A stretch of 7,685 bases of DNA from Candidatus Helarchaeota ASGARD archaeon Hel_GB_B. GTDB taxonomy: Archaea; Asgardarchaeota; Lokiarchaeia; Helarchaeales; HEL-GB-B. Position 1 is the stretch's first letter; every line of letters starts with the position of its first letter. The translations under genes were made by a program, and so were the position numbers. Shown here piece by piece: positions 1-6,778 of the stretch. Location: positions 1 through 7,685 of the forward strand of contig SUPR01000131.1 in assembly GCA_005191425.1 (NCBI GenBank), read 5' to 3'. Below the pieces are notes generated by a model. That model worked only from the letters and a program-made list of their open reading frames with translations, did no database searches and had not been told where the DNA came from.

Positions 1-80
1 TTTTGTAGCCTTTTTAATATAAAATATGCCAATATAGTAATTGGTGCCACTATTATAAAATAATCTAAATTTCCATACAT
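1..80 (-). CDS. Possible 5' end of a membrane-anchored protein running off the left edge (MYGNLDYFIIVAPITILAYFILKRLQK…)
   Basis: Manual translation: ATG at 80, open to the window edge. AAGGT lies a few nt upstream. A hydrophobic stretch is followed by KR. Only about 26 codons are visible and it is not in the ORF track. Confidence 0.4.
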   Translation of the reverse strand, partial: MYGNLDYFIIVAPITILAYFILKRLQ

Positions 81-178
81 TCTGATGACCTTGTTTTTCT
101 ATATTTAATGTAGAATTTTTTTAGAAACATAATTATTTCTAATATTAACAAACCAAATTAAATATTTAGAATTTTAAA

Positions 179-1435
179 TTATTCCCTGACCTGACCATTT
201 CCATAAATAATGAATTTTGTGCTTGTGAGTTCATTTAAACTCATTGGACCTCTAGCATGTAGTTTCTGTGTGCTAATACCGATTTCGGCTCCTAAGCCAA
301 ATTGCCCTCCATCTGTAAATCTTGTTGATGCATTTACATAAACTGCTGCTGCATCTACTTCATTTAAAAACTTTTGAGCATCTGAATAGTTATTGGTAAT
401 AATTGTTTCGGAATGTTTAGAGTCATTTTCAGTAATTATTTCTATTGCTTCATCAATTGAAGATACTATTTTAATAGCAATAATAAGGTCTAAAAATTCA
501 GTTTTCCAATCTTGTTGGGAGGCTTCTATCACATTTGGAAGAATTTTACGAGTTTTAGAGCATCCTCTTATTTGCACATTATATTCATTTAATGCTTTTT
601 CAATAAATGGTAAAAATTTTTCTGCGATTTTTTCGTGGATCAAAATTTTATCAGCTGCATTACAGACTGCTGGTCTTTGGGTTTTAGCATTAATAATAAT
701 TTTTTTAGCCATTTCAAAATCCGCATCATAATTTACAAAAATACTCACAATACCTTCTCCTGTTTCGATAGTTGGTACCGTAGAATTTTGTACTACTTTT
801 TGTATCAGATCTCTCCCGCCTCTTGGGATGATTACATCTATGTATTTATTTAATTTAAGCATTAAATCTACTAATTTTCTATCGGTAATTTCGATTAGTT
901 GAATACAATTTTGAGGTGCTCCTGCTTTTACCGATACCTCAGATATTATTTTGGTTATTATTTTGTTTGAATTTATGGCTTCACTACCACCTCTCAGAAT
1001 GACCGAATTACCGGATTTAAGACAGATACCCGCTGCATCTGAAGTGACATTTGGTCTTGATTCATAAATAATTCCGATAACACCAAGTGGAACTCTTACT
1101 CTTCCAATTAAAAGGCCATTTGGGCGCTTCCACATTGAAATTATTTCTCCAATTGGATCATTCAAAGGAATTAAATCTCTTAGTCCATTGGACATATCTT
1201 TAATTCGTTTTTCGTTTAAAATTAATCTGTCAATTTTAGCTTTAGATATTCCTTTTTCACGAGCTTTCTCTATATCCTTAATATTTTCTCCAATTATTAT
1301 GTCCGCATTTTTTTCTAGAGCATCTGCCATACTGTCTAGGATTTTATTTTTAATATCTGAAGATAGTAGGGCTAATTTTCGAGATGCTATCTTAGCCCTT
1401 TCACCAATTTCAGTAATGTATTTTTCATAATCCAT
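179..1435 (-). CDS. proA: Gamma-glutamyl phosphate reductase (glutamate-5-semialdehyde dehydrogenase)
   Basis: Motifs PLGVIGIIYESRPNVT, GNSVILRGGSEA, IIPRGG, KTQRPAVCNA (catalytic Cys), VNASTRFTDG and GAEIGISTQKLHARGP. Start set at ATG 1435 (MDYEKY), preceded by GTGATG. ATG 1441 is an alternative. The track start at 1474 overlaps proB. Confidence 0.96.
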   Translation of the reverse strand: MDYEKYITEIGERAKIASRKLALLSSDIKNKILDSMADALEKNADIIIGENIKDIEKAREKGISKAKIDRLILNEKRIKDMSNGLRDLIPLNDPIGEIISMWKRPNGLLIGRVRVPLGVIGIIYESRPNVTSDAAGICLKSGNSVILRGGSEAINSNKIITKIISEVSVKAGAPQNCIQLIEITDRKLVDLMLKLNKYIDVIIPRGGRDLIQKVVQNSTVPTIETGEGIVSIFVNYDADFEMAKKIIINAKTQRPAVCNAADKILIHEKIAEKFLPFIEKALNEYNVQIRGCSKTRKILPNVIEASQQDWKTEFLDLIIAIKIVSSIDEAIEIITENDSKHSETIITNNYSDAQKFLNEVDAAAVYVNASTRFTDGGQFGLGAEIGISTQKLHARGPMSLNELTSTKFIIYGNGQVRE

Positions 1436-1445
1436 AATCATCACA

Positions 1446-2216
1446 TTATTTCTCGGGTAAGAATAAAGTACCAATTATTTTACCTTTTAAAATATCAATT
1501 ATCACATTATCTTGAGTGCCATTAGCTATAACAACAGGGATACCAACATTAATCAATTTTTTAGTAGCATTAATTTTACTTTTCATACCCCCAATTGATA
1601 AATTAGACTCAAAATCTTGTGATAATTTTTCAATTTCATGGGTAATTTTTTGAACTTCGTGTATAATTGAAAATTTTGGATTTTTTTGAGGATTACAATC
1701 GCATAATCCATCAATTGTTGATAGAAAAATAACAATGTCCACAAACATTAAAAGCCCTACCAAGGCGGTGAGTGTATCGTTATCTCCAAAAGTAATTTCC
1801 TCAACAGCAACTGTATCATTTTCATTTATAATTGGTAAAATATCAAGTTCAATTAGTTCAGAAATTGTATTTCTTAAATGGGTTCGTCTAATAGAATCTT
1901 TAGTATCTTCTTTTGTCATTAATATTTGTCCAATTTTTATGTTATATTTATTAAATATTTTTTCATAAATACTCATTAAATGTGGTTGTCCAATTGCTGC
2001 AAGAGCTTGTAATTGCTCTAATTTGCTAGGTCTTTCTTTTATTTTTTGAATTTTCATTCCGCATCCAATTGCTCCACTGCTCACTAAAATAACTTTTTTT
2101 CCGGCATTTTTTAATTCGGCTATTTGTTTGACAATTTTTTCGATAATATCATAATAAATTATGTCCTTTCCATCAGTCAGTAAATTTGTTCCAACTTTTA
2201 TTATTATACTTTCCAT
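1446..2216 (-). CDS. proB: Glutamate 5-kinase, short form without PUA domain
   Basis: Motifs IIIKVGTN, VSSGAI, AAIGQ, PIINENDTV, FGDNDTL and GGMKSK. Ends after the kinase domain. Adjacent to proA. Start more likely ATG 2216 (MESIIIKVG) than 2243. Confidence 0.95.
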   Translation of the reverse strand: MESIIIKVGTNLLTDGKDIIYYDIIEKIVKQIAELKNAGKKVILVSSGAIGCGMKIQKIKERPSKLEQLQALAAIGQPHLMSIYEKIFNKYNIKIGQILMTKEDTKDSIRRTHLRNTISELIELDILPIINENDTVAVEEITFGDNDTLTALVGLLMFVDIVIFLSTIDGLCDCNPQKNPKFSIIHEVQKITHEIEKLSQDFESNLSIGGMKSKINATKKLINVGIPVVIANGTQDNVIIDILKGKIIGTLFLPEK

Positions 2217-2414
2217 TTTATGATTTAAAAAGAAAGATCTCATTTATTTTTACCTAATATATTTTAATTTTCTACTATTAAATATAATACTCTAGAATAT
2301 TTAACAAATTATTAATTTATTAAATTAAAGTTTTATTTAAAATGTAATTGTAAATGTAATTTTTAAAAAAATATTAACGTTCAATTTAATTTGTTTTTTA
2401 TGATGATAAAGATT

Positions 2415-3632
2415 TTAATATTTTCTAACCTTTTCCTCTTCTTTTAATCTTCTTATCTCTCTTGTAATTGCTGGCACGACTTTATGTAAATCGCCTACTA
2501 TTCCATAATGTGCGATTTCAAATATTGGTGCATTAGGGTCTTTATTTATAGCAACAATAATGTCTGAACACAATATTCCCACTTTATGTTGAATTGCTCC
2601 AGAGATCCCGCATGCAATATAAAGTCTAGGTGAAATTGTTTTACCTGTTTGACCCACTTGTCGTTCTGGGTCTATCCACCCTAATTCTACGGCTACTCTA
2701 GACCCTGCAACTTCAGCATTTAATTCTTTGGCTAAATCTTTGATAATCTTAAAATTTTCTTTGCTACCAATACCTCTTCCCCCAGCAACAACTATCTGGG
2801 CTTCCTCCAGATTAATCCTTTTTTTTCCGCGTTTTATTATTTTAACAATATTTGTGGAAATATCTGATTCTTTAAATTTACCTTCTATAATCTTAATTTT
2901 AGGCTTCTTGTCCATCTTTTTTGGAACTTTAAACATTCCTGGCCTAATTGTGCTCATTTGTGGTCTGCTATTTGGTGTTCTTATTGTAGCCATGATATTT
3001 CCTCCGAATGTGGGTCTTGTTTGTAATAATAGGTTTCTGGTCTCTTGGTCTATATCTAATCCTGTACAATCGGCTGTTAACCCTGTTTGAAGCCTTTTAG
3101 ATATTCTTGGTGCAAAATCTCTCCCAATTGGAGTTGCTCCTACTAACACTATTTCTGGTTTATATTCAATTATTAGATCTGTAATCACATTAACATAAAT
3201 TTCTGAATAATAATTTCGTAATAGCGGCGATTTCACATATATAACTCTATCAGCGCCATACATCCCTAATTCTTCTAAATTTTCATCTAATTCTGAACCC
3301 AACAAAATAAGTGTTAATTCAACTTTTAATTTATCTGCAAGTTCACGTCCCTTACCTAATAATTGATAAACATAATTCTTTATTTTATTGTTATAATGTT
3401 CACCTATTATCCAAACTCCTTTATATTGCGAAATATCGATTTTTTTTTCTTTTTTCTCGTCTTTAATTATTATTGCACCGACAGGACATGCTTCTACACA
3501 TGCTCCGCATAAAATACATTTTTCAGGAATTAGTTTTGCTTTTCCATCAAAAAGCGTTATTCCTCCATAAAGACATGAATTAATACAACTACCGCAACCA
3601 GTACAGTTTTCTCTATCTATTTTAATTGACAT
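2415..3632 (-). CDS. etfA: Electron transfer flavoprotein alpha subunit with N-terminal 2x[4Fe-4S] ferredoxin domain
   Basis: N-terminal C10-C13-C16-C20 and C39-C42-C45-C49-P motifs. ETF alpha motifs LTADCT, RPTFGGN, VAGGRG, QVGQTGK, GISGAIQH and AINKDPNAPIF. Confidence 0.95.
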   Translation of the reverse strand: MSIKIDRENCTGCGSCINSCLYGGITLFDGKAKLIPEKCILCGACVEACPVGAIIIKDEKKEKKIDISQYKGVWIIGEHYNNKIKNYVYQLLGKGRELADKLKVELTLILLGSELDENLEELGMYGADRVIYVKSPLLRNYYSEIYVNVITDLIIEYKPEIVLVGATPIGRDFAPRISKRLQTGLTADCTGLDIDQETRNLLLQTRPTFGGNIMATIRTPNSRPQMSTIRPGMFKVPKKMDKKPKIKIIEGKFKESDISTNIVKIIKRGKKRINLEEAQIVVAGGRGIGSKENFKIIKDLAKELNAEVAGSRVAVELGWIDPERQVGQTGKTISPRLYIACGISGAIQHKVGILCSDIIVAINKDPNAPIFEIAHYGIVGDLHKVVPAITREIRRLKEEEKVRKY

Positions 3633-3642
3633 TTTTTATCAT

Positions 3643-4449
3643 CTACAAAATTTTGTCTTCCTTTAATTTCTGACATAAATCTTTTGCCACGTCCTCTATT
3701 GTACCAGATAATTTAATATATTCATTTTTTTGTGGCGGAATAAAAATTTTATAAACTTGAGTTCTTGATCCTTCTAACCCAATTTTTTGTATATCTGCAT
3801 CTAAATCTTTAGCATTCCAATGAACGACCTCTTTATAATCAAAAGCATCTACTATTCCAGAAATTGTTGGAAATCTTGGTACATTTAACTCCTTCAAAAC
3901 TGTAATAAGAACTGGTAATTTACACTCTATAACCGCTATTTCATCAGATTGAAAAATACTTTCTGCAATGATTTTATTTTCGCTTAATTCAACATATCTT
4001 ACATTTGTTATTTGAGGTATATTCAACTCTTCAGCTAATTCAGGACCAACTTGTGCCGTATCCCCATCAATTGCTTGAGCGCCACAAACTACGAGATAAT
4101 TTTTGGATTCTTCAGTTTCTTTTAAAATCTTCTTAATTGCTAATGATAAAGTATAGGAAGTAGCTAAAGTATCAGCACCACCAAAAGCTCTGTCTGTCAA
4201 TAAATAGGCCTTGTCGATTCCCATAGCTAGCGATTCCCTTAATATTTCTTCAGCTTGAGGTGGACCCATACTTAACGCAATTACATCTGCACCAGTATTT
4301 TCTTTGATTGATAATGCCAATTCAAGCGCATTCTTGTCCATAGGATTTATCATTCCGGGAACCCCTTCCCTGACTAATGTCCCTGTTTTCCTATCAATCT
4401 TCACCTCAGAAATTGCCGGTACCTGCTTAATACAAACAAAAATTTTCAT
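3643..4449 (-). CDS. etfB: Electron transfer flavoprotein beta subunit
   Basis: Motifs MKIFVCIKQVP, INPMD, SMGPP, DRAFGGADTLATS and QAIDGDTAQVGP. Ends 10 nt upstream of etfA. AAGGA precedes the ATG. Confidence 0.95.
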   Translation of the reverse strand: MKIFVCIKQVPAISEVKIDRKTGTLVREGVPGMINPMDKNALELALSIKENTGADVIALSMGPPQAEEILRESLAMGIDKAYLLTDRAFGGADTLATSYTLSLAIKKILKETEESKNYLVVCGAQAIDGDTAQVGPELAEELNIPQITNVRYVELSENKIIAESIFQSDEIAVIECKLPVLITVLKELNVPRFPTISGIVDAFDYKEVVHWNAKDLDADIQKIGLEGSRTQVYKIFIPPQKNEYIKLSGTIEDVAKDLCQKLKEDKIL

Positions 4450-4806
4450 TAGAATTTCCTTTTATTCAAATTAATTTTTAAAGATTGTTTATTATCCTTA
4501 AATTATTAATATTTATTGGTTTAAATACAAAATTCATTATATATATCAAAAATATATAATTTTTATTTTAAACTTTTTATGTCCTAAATTAAGCCAATTT
4601 TTTGTGCTCAAACCTTAAAAAACCTAAATAATATTTTTTCATCAATAATTTAAATATAAACGCTTAACTAATTTTGTTGAAATTATTTTCCAATAAAAAT
4701 TTTTTTCTAAAAATTATTAAGATAAAATATTATCAGAAAAAAATATAAACGAATAACGAATTTTTACCAAAATTCATATCCAATCAAAATCTTTTATTTA
4801 TATAAT

Positions 4807-4825
4807 AAAAAAGAATATAAAAAAA
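4807..4825 (-). terminator. Possible oligo-U terminator downstream of the ACAD gene
   Basis: T7 (4825-4819) and T6 (4812-4807) tracts on the minus strand about 40 nt after the TGA at 4863. Weak evidence in such AT-rich DNA. Confidence 0.25.
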
Positions 4826-4862
4826 TTAATTAGTATGTTCTAATTTATTTACAGTTCTTTTA

Positions 4863-6048
4863 TCAATGTATGTCTTTTAATAATCTCCTTGCTATCACCA
4901 TTCTTTGTATTTCAGAGGTGCCCTCATAGATTTTAGCCATATAATAACTAATGTTAAGATATTTCGGCCATCTTAGCATCTCTAAAATAACGTTCTACTT
5001 GGTATGCCTTCATTAGACCATAACCACCATGCACTTGAACTGCCATATGAGCGGCTTTCATGGCAGCTTCACTTGCCATTAATTTAGCCATAGACGATTC
5101 CAAGCCATAATCTAATCCTTGATCGCAAAGATAAGCTGATTTATAGGTAAGAAGTCTAGCAGACTCAATAGTGCAACCCATATCGGCAATTTTCCACTGA
5201 ACTCCTTGAAATTGAGCTATTTTTCTACCAAATTGTTCTCTTTCATTAGCATATCTTATAGATGCTTCTAAACACGCTTGTGCAAGCCCAACACATTGAG
5301 CAGCGATTATTATTCTTCCAAAATCCAAAATTTTCAATACGATTTTAAATCCATTACCAATACCGCCTAAAATGTTTTCTTTGGGTACTCTAACATCTTG
5401 GAACACAAGTTCTGAAGTATTTGAAGCTCTAACCCCTAACTTATCTTCTTTTACCCCTACGGAGAACCCTGGTGTATCTGTATCAACTATAAATACGGTA
5501 AAACTTGGGTGTTTGCCTTTCTCACCTGTTCTGGCTGCAACTAATAAAGTTTTAGCTATACCACCATTTGTAGCAAAAATCTTACTTCCATTTAACACCC
5601 ATTCATCACCATCAAGATATGCATTCGTTTCTATACCAGCTGCATCAGACCCTGCATTCGCTTCTGTTAAAGCAAAAGCACCTAACCGCTCACCAGTGGC
5701 TAATGGATATAAAAACTTTTGACGCTGATATTCATTACCAAAAATCCAAAGAGGATATGCAACAACACTACAATGTACTCCGACTGTAATTGCCCAAGAA
5801 GCATCAATTCTCCCAATTTCCTCTATTATTATTGCAAAACTAACTGTGTCATTTTGTAATCCTGCTCCTCCGTATTTTTTTGGAATGCAAATACCAAAAT
5901 AGTTCATTTTCTTCATTAATTCAAAAACTTTCTGGTTAAGTTCTTGCTTTTTATCACTCTCTTCCGCAATAGGTGCTATATATTCTTCGACAAATTCTCT
6001 GGTTATTCTCCTGATCATTTTCTGTTTTTCAGTAATTGAAAAATCCAT
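4863..6048 (-). CDS. Acyl-CoA dehydrogenase (short-chain/butyryl-CoA dehydrogenase-like), split gene: complement(join(4863..4932,4964..6048)), 384 aa after removal of a 31-nt intron
   Basis: Exon 1 has GAFALTEANAGSD, LNGSKIFATNG, KLGVRAS, REQFG, QVHGGYG and ERYFRDAK. The conserved C-terminus IYEGTSEIQRMVIARRLL lies in the +1 frame at 4931..4866, with TGA at 4865..4863. Start taken as ATG 6048 (MDFSITE), preceded by GTGGT. The ACAD family call is secure. The spliced model is a prediction. Confidence 0.9.
4933..4963 (-). other. Putative 31-nt bulge-helix-bulge (archaeal tRNA-endonuclease-type) mRNA intron, AAUAUCUUAACAUUAGUUAUUAUAUGGCUAA
   Basis: Outer helix AGAU(4973-4970)/AUCU(4931-4928). 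Central 4-bp helix GGCC(4969-4966)/GGCU(4938-4935). Three-nt bulges GAA(4965-4963) and AAA(4934-4932). Inner helix AUAU(4962-4959)/AUAU(4942-4939), then UAAC/GUUA closing an AUUA loop. Cleavage after the 2nd nt of each bulge gives GA|A AUC UAU GAG and restores the frame. Confidence 0.85.
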
Positions 6049-6229
6049 TTTTACCACAAAATTATAATTAATTTCCAATTTTCTTTAAATTTAAATTAAA
6101 AACAAATATTTACTTAATTAATTTCACAAAAATTTATTATAAATAGGATTGATTAATAAAAAAATAATTACTAACATATTTAAATTAAAGATAAATTTGA
6201 TAATTGATTCATTTTGTAAGTGGAAAAAT
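6049..6229. promoter_or_regulatory. Divergent intergenic region, likely holding promoters for ACAD (-) and the TPR-BKACE-SDR unit (+)
   Basis: Flanking genes point away from each other. A-rich run followed by TTTATTATAAAT near 6127-6144 resembles BRE/TATA. Exact elements cannot be assigned. Confidence 0.4.
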
Positions 6230-6739
6230 ATGGAAAATAATAATGTAGTTCGGGATTATTCTGAAGAATATCAAATATCTAAAGATATGTTTGATTCTTA
6301 TAATAAATCTAAAATCCTAAAAGAAATGGGAATAAAAATTAGTAAAACAAATCCCGAAAAAGCTTTAGATTATTTTCAGAAATCTTTAAGATCAATAAAA
6401 AAGCTGAGAATAAAGTCAAAAAATGACTCTTTAAAGAAATATTATCTTAAATCTGAATTATTTTTTAATATAGGAAAAATATATCAAGAATTAAATGATA
6501 TCAAAAAAGCCTTGCATTTCTTTAAATTTGCAAGTAAAGCTTGTAAACGGACTGAAAACAAAATTTTATCTGCAGCAATTGCCACTTCGATTTTATCAAT
6601 TAATTTTAATCTAGATTACAATAATAAATCAAAGGAAAATAAAATTAAGAACCAAATTAAATTTAATTGGATGTTTTTAATGGCAAATATTTTGTTTGGG
6701 GTATTAATTTTAATAATGATTTTTCTATTTTTTAAATAA
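6230..6739 (+). CDS. Hypothetical TPR-like helical protein with C-terminal transmembrane anchor
   Basis: Two TPR-like units (KILKEMGIKISKTNPEKALDYFQKSL; ELFFNIGKIYQELNDIKKALHFFKFAS) and a terminal hydrophobic segment FNWMFLMANILFGVLILIMIFLFFK*. Start more likely ATG 6230 than 6149. Confidence 0.65.
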   Translation: MENNNVVRDYSEEYQISKDMFDSYNKSKILKEMGIKISKTNPEKALDYFQKSLRSIKKLRIKSKNDSLKKYYLKSELFFNIGKIYQELNDIKKALHFFKFASKACKRTENKILSAAIATSILSINFNLDYNNKSKENKIKNQIKFNWMFLMANILFGVLILIMIFLFFK

Positions 6740-6778
6740 GTAATTTAGAATTATAAAGAAGTAAAAGTGAATTAAAAA

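Noticed and set aside
82-88. CTGATGA resembling a C/D-box sRNA box
   Set aside because: Not a full RUGAUGA box, no convincing partner D box, and it overlaps the likely RBS of the left-edge ORF.
393-3090. Plus-strand ORFs 393..731, 635..853, 1188..1430, 1735..1968 and 2728..3090
   Set aside because: Antisense shadows of proA, proB and etfA, with no recognisable motifs.
4930-4971. Imperfect direct repeat ATGGCcgAAAT / ATGGCtaAAAT, 31 nt apart, read as a target-site duplication, tandem duplication or transposon footprint
   Set aside because: The similarity follows from the pseudo-twofold symmetry of a BHB with a near-palindromic central helix. The two mismatches fit the BHB pairing, and there are no terminal inverted repeats or transposase.
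5372-5722. Plus-strand 116-aa ORF
   Set aside because: Antisense to the conserved ACAD core.
4954-6078. ACAD as a truncated 374-aa ORF or pseudogene
   Set aside because: The downstream C-terminus is intact with its own stop, exon 1 has no other lesions, and the insert is precisely removable by BHB rules. A pseudogene or assembly error is not fully excluded without reads.
6132-6144. Palindrome ATTTAT-T-ATAAAT as an operator
   Set aside because: All A/T and short, so expected by chance at this composition.
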